Part shown: piece by piece, positions 29,190-38,398 of the stretch
How the letters are laid out: each line of letters begins with the position of its first letter
Position numbering within the stretch: the stretch's first letter is position 1
Assembly: GCA_937894775.1 (NCBI GenBank)
Contig: CALAXC010000044.1
Span: forward strand, 2,532 to 66,531
Direction: 5' to 3'
Length of the DNA: 64,000 bases
From: an uncultured Clostridia bacterium
Lineage (GTDB): Bacteria; Bacillota; Clostridia; Oscillospirales; CAG-272
Notes under the pieces: generated by a model
Databases searched by the model: none
Told to the model about the DNA's origin: nothing
The model's input: only the letters and a program-made list of their open reading frames with translations
Made by a program: the position numbers and the translations under genes

Positions 29190-29612
29190 CTATCTTTTAT
29201 TTAAGCGTTCATTAAGCTTTCTTGCAGCATTTTTATCGACAGCATAAATTATTATCCACACGAGTGCAAAGCCAACTATAAATATTACTGTGAAAATAAT
29301 CAACGGCATTAACGAATTTTTAATCCAACCGTTTATTAAGTAAACCAATATATAGTCTGTATAAAGTACGGCGGCATGAATAAATATTGCAAGCGGTAAT
29401 GCCAAGCGTTCAACATTGTATATTGCCGAAATACCTGCAGCAACAAATGCCATAGCCGACACAATCAATATCTGTTTTGAAAGTTCAATAAACCCAAGAG
29501 TTCCCTCTACACCTGCAATCTCCAAAGAAATATACACTATTGCCATAATCACAGGACCAAAGCCAAATGCTACCAGTCCTCTTTTACAAAAATTTTTTAC
29601 AAACTCTTTCAT
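29190..29612 (-). CDS. DUF3021-type 4-TM membrane protein
   Basis: 140 aa with 4 hydrophobic helices. It overlaps the upstream LytTR gene by 4 nt. Confidence 0.6.
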   Translation of the reverse strand: MKEFVKNFCKRGLVAFGFGPVIMAIVYISLEIAGVEGTLGFIELSKQILIVSAMAFVAAGISAIYNVERLALPLAIFIHAAVLYTDYILVYLINGWIKNSLMPLIIFTVIFIVGFALVWIIIYAVDKNAARKLNERLNKR

Positions 29613-30049
29613 CTCTTCATTCTCCTTTTAATCTCAGCAAAGCATCTACGTGATACGTAATCGCTGTATCCACACTTAAATTCAACCGACACGCCCCCGC
29701 TAAAATCACTTTTAAATCGGGATATTGCTCTTTCATTTGCAATCGCCGATTTGTTTATCTTTACAAAATATCCCGGCAATAGCTGTTCTATCTCATACAA
29801 GCGCTCTTTTATAAAATAGTGCTTTCCGTCAGCTGAAATCAGTTCAGTCTTGCCTCCCATCACAAAAATACATTCAACGTTTTCAAAGTTCAATTTTAAA
29901 AATTCATTTTCGGAATATACCGTTATTTCATTCTCTCCCGAATAATTTCTTACAAGATTTTCGATATCGTCGATAAATGAATTCTTTTTATTGACAACAA
30001 CGCTCACACTTTCTTCGGCATTAGTGTCTATCGTAATCATAAACTTCAT
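29609..30049 (-). CDS. stand-alone LytTR DNA-binding domain protein
   Basis: 146 aa. LytTR-like C-terminus (YFVKINKSAIANERAISRF...VEFKCGYSDYVSRR) and no receiver domain. Confidence 0.7.
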   Translation of the reverse strand: MKFMITIDTNAEESVSVVVNKKNSFIDDIENLVRNYSGENEITVYSENEFLKLNFENVECIFVMGGKTELISADGKHYFIKERLYEIEQLLPGYFVKINKSAIANERAISRFKSDFSGGVSVEFKCGYSDYVSRRCFAEIKRRMKR

Positions 30050-30088
30050 ATTTTCACCTCCAGAAATATTCTATCACATCTTTTGAGT

Positions 30089-30124
30089 AAAAAAAAGACC
30101 TTTCAAGTAATCGGTCTTTTTTTT
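30089..30124 (-). terminator. rho-independent terminator after the DUF1836 gene
   Basis: aaaaaaaagacc-12 nt-ggtctttttttt. Confidence 0.6.
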
Positions 30125-30137
30125 AGTACAATCGGTA

Positions 30138-30884
30138 TTATTCTTTAGCTTTAACCTTTGCTTTTGAGGTCACCTTTGCTATTTTAACCTCTGTTTTTGC
30201 CTCAACCTTTGCCACTTTAGCTTCGGCTCTCGCAACACGCGCCTCGCCTTTAGCACTTATTTTTTCTTTTTTTCGTTCGATCTTCTGCTCACGTTTTCCT
30301 GCAGCAGCTTGAGCATTTTCCTCTTCCTCGGAAAGTGGAAATCTACTATCTATCATAGCCTGCGATATATGTTTAAGCTGTGCGCTGAGAGCTGAAATAG
30401 CACATATCAAACTGACATAATCAAGATCATTCTGCAGATCAAGTTCGTTTTGTTCTACTATTCCGTCAATTATCTTTTCCGCGCACTCTTTATTTAAATC
30501 CTTGATACGCAAATGTCGGTCATAAATTTTGGTAAGTCCCTCACCGTCAAAGCTATCGACCTCATACATTCCTTTAAGCAATCTCTTTATTTCACCTATA
30601 GAAAGTGTACTTTTGAGTGTATATATCATCAGCATTTGCAATATCTGTTCTTTATCGTACTTTTTACCTTTAACAGGTGTTATCAAGCCCTCTTTTGAGT
30701 AATTATTTATCATCGTCTTTGTGAGCTGACGGTCGTGATATCGCTCGGAACCGTCTTTTAAGCGTTCCGAAATAAGATTTAATATCTGATCTATGTACAG
30801 ATCTATCGTAGGAATATCTTCACTTTTCAGCTCCGCTTCATCAAGAGCATCCTCAAACGTTTTTTTGAGCATCATTTCATCCAT
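30138..30884 (-). CDS. DUF1836-family protein with Lys/Ala-rich repeat tail
   Basis: IDLYIDQILNLI...LTKTMINNYSKEGLITPVKGKKY..EQI pattern. The C-terminus reads ARVARAEAKVAKVEAKTEVKIAKVTSKAKVKAKE. Confidence 0.6.
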   Translation of the reverse strand: MDEMMLKKTFEDALDEAELKSEDIPTIDLYIDQILNLISERLKDGSERYHDRQLTKTMINNYSKEGLITPVKGKKYDKEQILQMLMIYTLKSTLSIGEIKRLLKGMYEVDSFDGEGLTKIYDRHLRIKDLNKECAEKIIDGIVEQNELDLQNDLDYVSLICAISALSAQLKHISQAMIDSRFPLSEEEENAQAAAGKREQKIERKKEKISAKGEARVARAEAKVAKVEAKTEVKIAKVTSKAKVKAKE

Positions 30885-30988
30885 ATAGTTTTAAAAACCT
30901 CATTATCCGTTATTTACTTTATGATACACCATTTTAAAAAGTATGTCAAGCATTTTTTGATCATATATCTAAAAACTTGACAAAGATA

Positions 30989-31018
30989 TTGCAAAATATA
31001 CCTTTCATATGGTATAAT
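30989..31018 (+). promoter_or_regulatory. SigA-type promoter (extended -10)
   Basis: TTGCAA-18 nt-TGgTATAAT, about 30 nt upstream of the ATG at 31047. Confidence 0.5.
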
Positions 31019-31046
31019 TAATAAAATAACTGCCGTGAGGTATGAT

Positions 31047-31580
31047 ATGGCGAATTTACAATTATACGAACGTTTTATAAAAGTCAAAAACTCAAAGCAA
31101 AAAATGAAGCTTATAAGCGCTATCCTCGGATACATTATTTTCTTTGTATTTTGGGTATTTCTTGGGATATACAATCTCGAAAAATCAATACTTATATTTA
31201 TTGCCGGAATACTTTCGGATATTCTTTTGATATTTTTAACAAGCAAATACTGTTTTATGGAATTCGAGTATTCCTTTTATATGAACTCATTTTCGATCGC
31301 TAAGATATACGGAAAAAAGAAACGTAAACACGTTATTGAAGCGGATATGACGAAGCTTCTTATGATAGCCCCCGCAACTGAGGAAAATATAGAAAAGGCA
31401 GACCGTTTCAATCCTGAATCACGCATAATTGCGGTATCAAGCGAGCAAGCGGAAAATATATGGCTCTGCGTTACGGGTGAAGAAAACGAAGAACGTCAGC
31501 TCATTTTCTTTGAAGCCGACGAAAGATCCCTGTCTATTCTTAAGTCCTGCGCGCCTTCTGTCTTCGCAAAGAAAATTTAA
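31047..31580 (+). CDS. 2-TM membrane protein with soluble C-terminal domain, unknown function
   Basis: 177 aa with a GTGAGGT RBS. Two hydrophobic helices (LISAILGYIIFFVFWVFLGI, ILIFIAGILSDILLIFL) precede a charged domain. Confidence 0.6.
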   Translation: MANLQLYERFIKVKNSKQKMKLISAILGYIIFFVFWVFLGIYNLEKSILIFIAGILSDILLIFLTSKYCFMEFEYSFYMNSFSIAKIYGKKKRKHVIEADMTKLLMIAPATEENIEKADRFNPESRIIAVSSEQAENIWLCVTGEENEERQLIFFEADERSLSILKSCAPSVFAKKI

Positions 31581-31632
31581 TATTCTTATCCCCTGCAACA
31601 TAAGATTTAATATCTTTTTTGCGGGGGGTTTT

Positions 31633-32232
31633 ATGTTAAGACAAAAGCTAAAAATAAAACTTACATTTTCAGGCATCTTAATGATCGCTGCATTATTTAT
31701 TACACATTCATATCTCTCATTAGCCGCTATTATCGCCGCCGCCCTGCACGAGGCAGGACATCTTATCGCCGCTAAGCTTTGTAAAATCCCCGTAAAAGAA
31801 CTAAAACTTGGTATCTTTGGCGCAGCACTTAGCATATCAGACGAATTCAGGTCTTATAAAAAAGAGATAATTCTTTCAGTTTCAGGTCCGCTTATAAATC
31901 TTATTTCGGTACTTTTTCTTTATCCCATCTTCAAAAACAATAACGGATTTTCAAATCTTTTTTTAGCGGCTTCGCTTTTTCTCGGTTTGCTTAATCTTAT
32001 GCCGATATACGATTTTGACGGTGGAAGAGTGCTTTTTTGTACAGTTTCATATTTTTTCTCACCCGATGCCGCAATAAAAGTTTTAAAAGTAACGTCAGCG
32101 GTTTTGATTTTTTCACTCTGGAGTCTTTCAATCTATTTACTCATAAGGCTTTCAAGCTCGCTTTCGCTATTTATTTTTTCATTATCGCTGTTTTCAAAAT
32201 TTTTTATTCGACAAGAAAATTTTATATATTGA
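31633..32232 (+). CDS. minimal M50-family site-2 (SpoIVFB-like) metalloprotease
   Basis: 199 aa. HEAGH in a TM helix and NLMPIYDFDGG. No PDZ or CBS domain. The start was trimmed from the ORF-track ORF to MLRQK. Confidence 0.75.
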   Translation: MLRQKLKIKLTFSGILMIAALFITHSYLSLAAIIAAALHEAGHLIAAKLCKIPVKELKLGIFGAALSISDEFRSYKKEIILSVSGPLINLISVLFLYPIFKNNNGFSNLFLAASLFLGLLNLMPIYDFDGGRVLFCTVSYFFSPDAAIKVLKVTSAVLIFSLWSLSIYLLIRLSSSLSLFIFSLSLFSKFFIRQENFIY

Positions 32233-32247
32233 AAACAAAAGAAATAC

Positions 32248-32302
32248 CGCCAAAATCCAACGCAAAAAGAAGATTTTTTTAATTTTTGCGAGAATTTTGG
32301 CG
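32248..32302 (+). terminator. rho-independent terminator (nested hairpin)
   Basis: cgccaaaat..cgcaaaaa...tttttgcg..attttggcg, followed by attttttaat. Confidence 0.6.
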
Positions 32303-32360
32303 ATTTTTTAATATTTATTCAAAATAATGTCGCTTTTTTTCATTTTTTTATTAAAATATA

Positions 32361-32389
32361 TTGCTTTTTTGCTGAATTTCTGTTACAAT
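32361..32389 (+). promoter_or_regulatory. SigA-type promoter of potABCD
   Basis: TTGCTT-17 nt-TACAAT. Confidence 0.5.
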
Positions 32390-32479
32390 ATTGCTTACCG
32401 ATTAAAAAATAAAAAAACTGTGTTGTTCCTATATTTTTTATCGGGTTCATTACTTTTTTTGAAGGAGTTTTTTGGTGGA

Positions 32480-33601
32480 ATGAACAACAAACTGGTGGAA
32501 TTAAAAAATGTTTCCAAATCGTTTGACGGAGAAATAGTGCTTTCCAATTTGAGCCTATATATCAATGACAAGGAATTTATGACTCTGCTGGGGCCCTCGG
32601 GCTGCGGAAAAACTACTACGTTAAGAATAATCGGTGGATTTGAGTCTGCCGATCAGGGTGATGTCTACTTTGACGGAGTTCGTATAAATGACGTCCCCCC
32701 TTACAAAAGAAACGTAAATACCGTATTTCAGAAATACGCGCTCTTCCCTCACCTTAACGTTTATGACAACATAGCCTTTGGCTTAAGAGTTGCAAAAGTT
32801 AAAGAGGACGAGATCAAAGAACGTGTTGCTGAAATGCTCTCTCTTGTAAACCTCAGAGGCTTTGAAAAGAGAAATGTTTCTCTTCTTTCAGGCGGTCAGC
32901 AGCAACGTGTTGCTATCGCAAGAGCTCTTATAAACAAGCCTAAGGTCCTTCTTTTGGACGAGCCTCTCGGAGCACTTGATTTAAAACTTCGTAAGGATAT
33001 GCAAATAGAACTAAAAAATATCCAGAAGAAAACAGGTATCACCTTTGTATACGTAACACACGATCAGGAAGAAGCGCTTTCTATGTCCGATACTATCGTT
33101 GTTATGGCAAACGGTAAGATCCAGCAGATAGGTTCTCCTACCGATATCTACAACGAACCCAAGAATGCTTTTGTTGCCGACTTTATCGGTGAATCCAATA
33201 TTCTTGACGGTATTATGATCGAGGACTTTTCGGTAAAATTTGCAGGACAGATATTCAACTGTCTTGATAAGGGCTTTGAAAAGAATGAACCTGTTGACGT
33301 TGTTGTACGTCCTGAGGACGTTGACGTTGTTGCCGTTGACAAGGGTATGCTTGTAGGAACTGTTACAAACGTTACCTTTAAAGGCGATTATTACGAAATA
33401 ATCGTTGACGTTGAAGGCTTTAAGTGGATGCTTGAAACCTCAGACTTTGTCGGTGTTTCCGAAGTTATCGGTCTTTACATCGAACCCGATGCGATCCACA
33501 TAATGAAGAAATCTGAATATTCCAATATGTTTGGCGACTATTCAACCTTCTCCGATGAAATGGAGCATCTTTCGGATATCGTTGAGGAGGAAGAAGAATG
33601 A
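32480..33601 (+). CDS. potA: spermidine/putrescine ABC transporter ATP-binding protein
   Basis: [31 protein letters not shown], and a TOBE-like C-terminus. Start placed at [13 protein letters not shown]. Confidence 0.9.
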   Translation: MNNKLVELKNVSKSFDGEIVLSNLSLYINDKEFMTLLGPSGCGKTTTLRIIGGFESADQGDVYFDGVRINDVPPYKRNVNTVFQKYALFPHLNVYDNIAFGLRVAKVKEDEIKERVAEMLSLVNLRGFEKRNVSLLSGGQQQRVAIARALINKPKVLLLDEPLGALDLKLRKDMQIELKNIQKKTGITFVYVTHDQEEALSMSDTIVVMANGKIQQIGSPTDIYNEPKNAFVADFIGESNILDGIMIEDFSVKFAGQIFNCLDKGFEKNEPVDVVVRPEDVDVVAVDKGMLVGTVTNVTFKGDYYEIIVDVEGFKWMLETSDFVGVSEVIGLYIEPDAIHIMKKSEYSNMFGDYSTFSDEMEHLSDIVEEEEE

Positions 33602-34458
33602 CCTCTACGCCAAAAAACCTCAAGGTCCGCCGCTCGTTTATCCAACGGTATGCGGCAGCTCCTCATATAACCTGGGCAATACTCTTTATTATTGCCCCTT
33701 TGATATTCGTTGCGTACTACGCTTTCACGAAAAACGTTGACGGTACGATAGTATTTTCACTCGACAATATCAAAGAATTCTTTACTCCAAACTATCTTAA
33801 GATATTTGCTCGCTCTGTAACATTGGCGCTCATCTCGACGGTAATATGTTTATTTTTAGGTTATCCTATTGCATATTTTATATCGAGAACAAAGCCTAAA
33901 ACTCAGCGTTTACTTATTCTTTTGATTATGCTTCCTATGTGGATGAACTTCCTTATAAGAACATATGCGATTATGGAGCTTATAAAGGACACGGGTATCA
34001 TAAACAACTTCCTCGGTGCATTTAACATTCCGAAAATGCGTCTTTTAGGTACTGAGGGCGCAGTTGTATTGGGTATGGTATATGACTATCTTCCCTATAT
34101 GATATTACCCATATATTCGGTTATGGCAAAGCTTGATTACCGTCTTGTGGAAGCTGCGGGAGATCTTGGATGTAACGGATTTAAAGTTATGACTAAGGTA
34201 ATATTCCCTCTTTCACGTTCGGGCGTTATATCGGGTATAACTATGGTATTCGTACCCTCTATAAGTACCTTCTATATATCCCAGAAGCTTGGCGGGCCGA
34301 GCACCTTGCTTATCGGCGACGTTATCGAGCAAGGTTACAATATGTCCAATTATCATTTTACAGCGGCACTTTCCTTTGTTCTTATGGTCATTCTTTTAAT
34401 AGGACTTGCCGTAGTAAATAAATATACCGACGATGATAACGGAGGTATGTTGATATGA
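33598..34458 (+). CDS. potB: spermidine/putrescine ABC transporter permease
   Basis: 6-TM BPD_transp_1-type protein with the EAA loop ([21 protein letters not shown]). ATGA overlap with potA. Confidence 0.85.
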   Translation: MTSTPKNLKVRRSFIQRYAAAPHITWAILFIIAPLIFVAYYAFTKNVDGTIVFSLDNIKEFFTPNYLKIFARSVTLALISTVICLFLGYPIAYFISRTKPKTQRLLILLIMLPMWMNFLIRTYAIMELIKDTGIINNFLGAFNIPKMRLLGTEGAVVLGMVYDYLPYMILPIYSVMAKLDYRLVEAAGDLGCNGFKVMTKVIFPLSRSGVISGITMVFVPSISTFYISQKLGGPSTLLIGDVIEQGYNMSNYHFTAALSFVLMVILLIGLAVVNKYTDDDNGGMLI

Positions 34459-36491
34459 AAGGCTTTTCTAAAATTTATATTGCCCTTGTTCTTGTTTTCT
34501 TATTTGCTCCGATTGCCGTACTTATTTTCTTTTCTTTCAACTCGGGATCGAGCACCTCGGTTTTTGAAGGCTTCTCGTTAAAATGGTACAAAGAGCTTTT
34601 CAAAAATGCCGAAATTCTTGAGGCTCTTAAAAACTCGCTTATACTCGCTGTAACCTCTGCCGCTATCTCGACCGTTATTGGTACTGCGGCGGCATTTGGA
34701 ATCCATCATATGAAGAAAAAATGGCTTCGCCAATCGGTAATGTCGATAACCAATATTCCTATGATGAATCCCGATATAATTACCGGTATATCACTTATGT
34801 TTCTATTCGTATTCGTAGGAGGGCTCTTGGGACTTCAAACCAAGCTGAACTTCGCTACGATGCTGATAGCACACGTTACATTCTGTCTGCCTTACGTTAT
34901 TCTTAACGTACTTCCAAAATTCAGACAAATGGACAGATCTCTTCCCGAAGCAGCTCTCGACCTCGGTTGCACACCGCTTCAATCATTCTTTAAAGTTCAG
35001 CTCCCCACTATACTTCCGGGTGTATTTACCGGTATGATAATGGCATTTACAATGTCACTTGATGACTTTGTAATAAGCTATTTCACAAGCGGAGTTGATT
35101 TCCAGACTCTTCCGATACTTATTTACAGCATGACCAAAAAGAGTGTTAAGCCCACGATATATGCTCTTTCAACACTCATATTTATCATTATTCTCGTTCT
35201 TTTACTTATTTCCAACCGTGAAAGATCAAGCGAAGAAAGGCTTGAAGCAAAGCGTTTGAAAGAAGAAAGAAAACTTAAAGCAGCTATCTCAAAAGCACAG
35301 AAAACCGGCAAGCCCTTAAAAGTCAAAAAGCATTCCGAAAGAGATATTTCGGTTTCTTACGGAAAATCAACCAACTTCACAAAAATCATTGCGGTTATCT
35401 GCGTTCTTGCAATAATTATTTCAACTTGCGTTATATTCAGTATATTCTCTGAAAAAACAGTAACACTTAACGTTTACAACTGGGGTGAATATATCTCCGA
35501 CGGTTCAGAGGACAGCTACGATACCAATGCAGAGTTTGAAAAATATTGCCGTGAAGAATTAGGAATGAACGTAAAAGTAAATTATATTACCTTTGCTTCA
35601 AACGAAGATCTCTATGCAAAGCTCTCTTCAAATGCAGTAAGCTATGACGTAATTATTCCTTCAGACTATATGATAGCCCGTCTTGCGAGCGAAGGATATT
35701 TACAGGAGCTTAATTTTGATAATATTCCTAATTATGAAACCTCAATAACCGACGATTTTCGCAATCTTTACTACGATCCCGAAAATAAATATTCTGTTCC
35801 CTACACCTACGGTATGATAGGAGTTATCTACGATGCAAACCGTGTTGACGAAGAGGATACAGGTGACTGGGATCTTATGTGGAACGAAAAGTACAAAGGA
35901 CAGATAGTTCAGTACAACAACTCCCGCGATGCTTTTGGAACAGCGTTCTATAAAAACGGTTGGGATGTCAACACAACCGACAAATCGGTATGGGACAAAG
36001 CTCTTGTAGAGCTTCAGGCACAAAAGCCGCTTCTTAAGAAGCTCGTTATGGACGAGATATACAATATGATGGAAACAGGAGAGGCCGCTATCGGTTCTTA
36101 TTATGCGGGGGACTACCTTACAATGCTTGATAATCAAGCAGATACGGTAGATCTTCAATTCTATTACCCCGAAAATACCAACCTCTTCGTTGATGCTATG
36201 TGTATTCCTAAATGCGCTCAAAACAAAGATCTTGCCGAACAATATATAAACTTTATGCTTAGTGACGATGCAGCTATTGCAAACGCAGAATACATATACT
36301 ACGCATCACCTCACGCAAACGTTTATAACAGCGAGATTTATAAGGAAGATATGGGTGAAGATGCTATCGCCATTCTCTACCCCGAAGGCTTTAACTTCCA
36401 CGAAAACTACGACGCAAACTGCTACAAAGATCTTCCTGCTGATATCAAAGATTACATCAACACTCTTTGGAGCAAATTTGCAACGGAATAA
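34455..36491 (+). CDS. PotC permease fused to PotD-like polyamine-binding protein
   Basis: aa 1-260 are a permease (EAALDLGCTPLQSFFKVQLP). A basic linker and one extra TM helix follow, then a PotD-like domain (LNVYNWGEYI...). Confidence 0.8.
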   Translation: MKGFSKIYIALVLVFLFAPIAVLIFFSFNSGSSTSVFEGFSLKWYKELFKNAEILEALKNSLILAVTSAAISTVIGTAAAFGIHHMKKKWLRQSVMSITNIPMMNPDIITGISLMFLFVFVGGLLGLQTKLNFATMLIAHVTFCLPYVILNVLPKFRQMDRSLPEAALDLGCTPLQSFFKVQLPTILPGVFTGMIMAFTMSLDDFVISYFTSGVDFQTLPILIYSMTKKSVKPTIYALSTLIFIIILVLLLISNRERSSEERLEAKRLKEERKLKAAISKAQKTGKPLKVKKHSERDISVSYGKSTNFTKIIAVICVLAIIISTCVIFSIFSEKTVTLNVYNWGEYISDGSEDSYDTNAEFEKYCREELGMNVKVNYITFASNEDLYAKLSSNAVSYDVIIPSDYMIARLASEGYLQELNFDNIPNYETSITDDFRNLYYDPENKYSVPYTYGMIGVIYDANRVDEEDTGDWDLMWNEKYKGQIVQYNNSRDAFGTAFYKNGWDVNTTDKSVWDKALVELQAQKPLLKKLVMDEIYNMMETGEAAIGSYYAGDYLTMLDNQADTVDLQFYYPENTNLFVDAMCIPKCAQNKDLAEQYINFMLSDDAAIANAEYIYYASPHANVYNSEIYKEDMGEDAIAILYPEGFNFHENYDANCYKDLPADIKDYINTLWSKFATE

Positions 36492-36497
36492 ATTAAT

Positions 36498-36537
36498 AAA
36501 AATAATGGGTATGTCATTTGACATACCCATTATTTTT
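36498..36537. terminator. bidirectional rho-independent terminator between potCD and tadA
   Basis: Perfect 19-bp palindrome aaaaataatgggtatgtca-tt-tgacatacccattattttt. Confidence 0.8.
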
Positions 36538-37009
36538 ATTTTAAAGATATCTTTCGCTTTTTTTCAAAGAAGTCCACAAGAATTCTTTTACATTCATCTT
36601 CAAGTACTCCGCCCTCGATCTTAAAGGAATGATTAAACGGATAGGAATTGAAATTCAAAAGAGTTCCGCAGCACCCTGCCTGCATATCGTATGCACCAAA
36701 AACTACCCTCTCTATTCTTGAATTTACTATAGCACCCGCACACATCGGACAAGGCTCAAGAGTTACATAAAGAGTACATCCGCTAAGCCTCCAGCTTCCA
36801 ACCTTTTCACAAGCTTTTTCTATGGCTATAAGCTCTGCGTGAGCGGTTGCGTTTTGCTTGCTTTCTCGCAAATTATATCCTTTTGATATAATGCTTCCGT
36901 TACCGTCCACTATAAGAGCGCCTACAGGAACTTCACCCTCCATCTCAGCATTTTTGGCAAGTTCAAGTGCCTCTTTCATAAGTATCAGATCTTTTTCATT
37001 CATTGGCAT
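36536..37009 (-). CDS. tadA: tRNA adenosine(34) deaminase
   Basis: HAELIAI and PCPMCAGA zinc motifs; 157 aa. Confidence 0.92.
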   Translation of the reverse strand: MPMNEKDLILMKEALELAKNAEMEGEVPVGALIVDGNGSIISKGYNLRESKQNATAHAELIAIEKACEKVGSWRLSGCTLYVTLEPCPMCAGAIVNSRIERVVFGAYDMQAGCCGTLLNFNSYPFNHSFKIEGGVLEDECKRILVDFFEKKRKISLK

Positions 37010-37016
37010 ACTCCGT

Positions 37017-38027
37017 TTAAATCACCATAAACGATACTAAAATTTTAAGCATAGAAAAAATCGAAATTGCTGTATAAATAATAACGGTCACTGCAAAAAA
37101 TCGCTTTATCTTTTCTTTAGATGAAAGTTCAAGAGTCATTTCCTCAACGTCCATTCCACGCTCACCCACAACACCGAAGCTTCCGTCTTTTTGTGGATCG
37201 TGTTCTTTTGATTTATGCAAAAGCAATAGCAATATCGAAACAGCACCTACTGCAACTACAAGAAGATCCAAAACATATATCAACCAAGTAGCTTTCGTAA
37301 ATACAGGAAGATATTCTTCCAACACAGTTATAAAGTTATTGCAGAAATGCAATATCATACATACCCATATAGAACGTGTCTTTACATATACATAGCCTAT
37401 AATTACACCCATCAAGGTAGTATAGAGTATCTGCATTGGATTTTGATGCATCATTCCAAACAAAAATGCACTTGCAAAAATTGCTGTACTCTTTCCAAAA
37501 GGAAGAAGATCAGTAAGAATAGCGCCTCTGAAAAGATACTCCTCGCAAATTGCGGGAACTATTGCGGTAGAAAGGATCTCTATCAAAAAAAGCACGACAA
37601 GCTCAGACATTTTTCTTCCTGCAAGATCAGATACCGATGATGGCATCAAATTGGAAGAAATTCTTGGAAAGAGCGATGTAAAAAATGAATTGTTCAAATA
37701 CGAAACAGAAAAATTAACAGCTATAACCGCAAGAACTATAAACACTGTCCATTTATTAAACTTAAAAGACGTATATATCGATCTTGAATTTGGCAACTCT
37801 CTACAGCTTCTTCTTAAAAAGAATGCCGCCACCGAAAAAGAAAGAAAATAACAAATTGCCGAAAGTAATCCAAAAATAATCTCGGAAGAAAAATCAGATA
37901 TTACTTTTGAAAAAGCAAGTTCCACTATTGCGACAAAAAATGCACTCAAAGTAAAAGATGCATAAAATATCAACATCCAGAACCCTATTTTAGAACAGGT
38001 TTTAGAATAATAATCCACATTATTCAT
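37017..38027 (-). CDS. CPBP-family intramembrane glutamic endopeptidase
   Basis: EEYLFRG and FGMMHQ motifs, multi-TM, 336 aa. Confidence 0.8.
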   Translation of the reverse strand: MNNVDYYSKTCSKIGFWMLIFYASFTLSAFFVAIVELAFSKVISDFSSEIIFGLLSAICYFLSFSVAAFFLRRSCRELPNSRSIYTSFKFNKWTVFIVLAVIAVNFSVSYLNNSFFTSLFPRISSNLMPSSVSDLAGRKMSELVVLFLIEILSTAIVPAICEEYLFRGAILTDLLPFGKSTAIFASAFLFGMMHQNPMQILYTTLMGVIIGYVYVKTRSIWVCMILHFCNNFITVLEEYLPVFTKATWLIYVLDLLVVAVGAVSILLLLLHKSKEHDPQKDGSFGVVGERGMDVEEMTLELSSKEKIKRFFAVTVIIYTAISIFSMLKILVSFMVI

Positions 38028-38054
38028 TTTCTTCCTCCTTTATTTTTTCGATGA

Positions 38055-38396
38055 TCACTTTCTATAATAAACATAGTAAGCAATAACCGTTCTTTCACAG
38101 CTATTTTCCTTATCATATCCCGTAAGAACCACACCGTCCTTCGATAGCAATTCCCATATCTGCAGATCATCTATTTCCGCACGAAATATGACCTTTGCAG
38201 ATGCAAAAAGTATAAGTTCTCCGTCACGGATGTTAAATCCGCCCGTTCTTCCGATAACCACATCAACGTCATTTTGCTTTTCAGTAACATATTTTATATG
38301 TTTTCCAGCTATCATTTCTGCCATATCCCAGCGGTTTCTTTTACTGTTGGGATCCTTGCTTTTGGTTATCTTTTTAAAAAAATCTGATATTCCCAT
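38055..38396 (-). CDS. small soluble protein, unknown function
   Basis: 113-aa ORF starting 2 nt after the GH13 stop. I recognise no motif. Confidence 0.5.
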   Translation of the reverse strand: MGISDFFKKITKSKDPNSKRNRWDMAEMIAGKHIKYVTEKQNDVDVVIGRTGGFNIRDGELILFASAKVIFRAEIDDLQIWELLSKDGVVLTGYDKENSCERTVIAYYVYYRK

Positions 38397-38398
38397 TT

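Noticed and set aside
30914-31246. 110-aa minus-strand ORF in the divergent region between the DUF1836 gene and the 2-TM protein gene.
   Set aside because: It overlaps the plus-strand promoter and the start of the better-supported plus-strand gene. It has an AT-driven composition and no RBS.
32327-32479. N-terminal 51-aa extension of potA in the ORF track ([14 protein letters not shown]...).
   Set aside because: This is AT-rich leader that contains the predicted promoter and hairpin. The PotA homology begins at [13 protein letters not shown].
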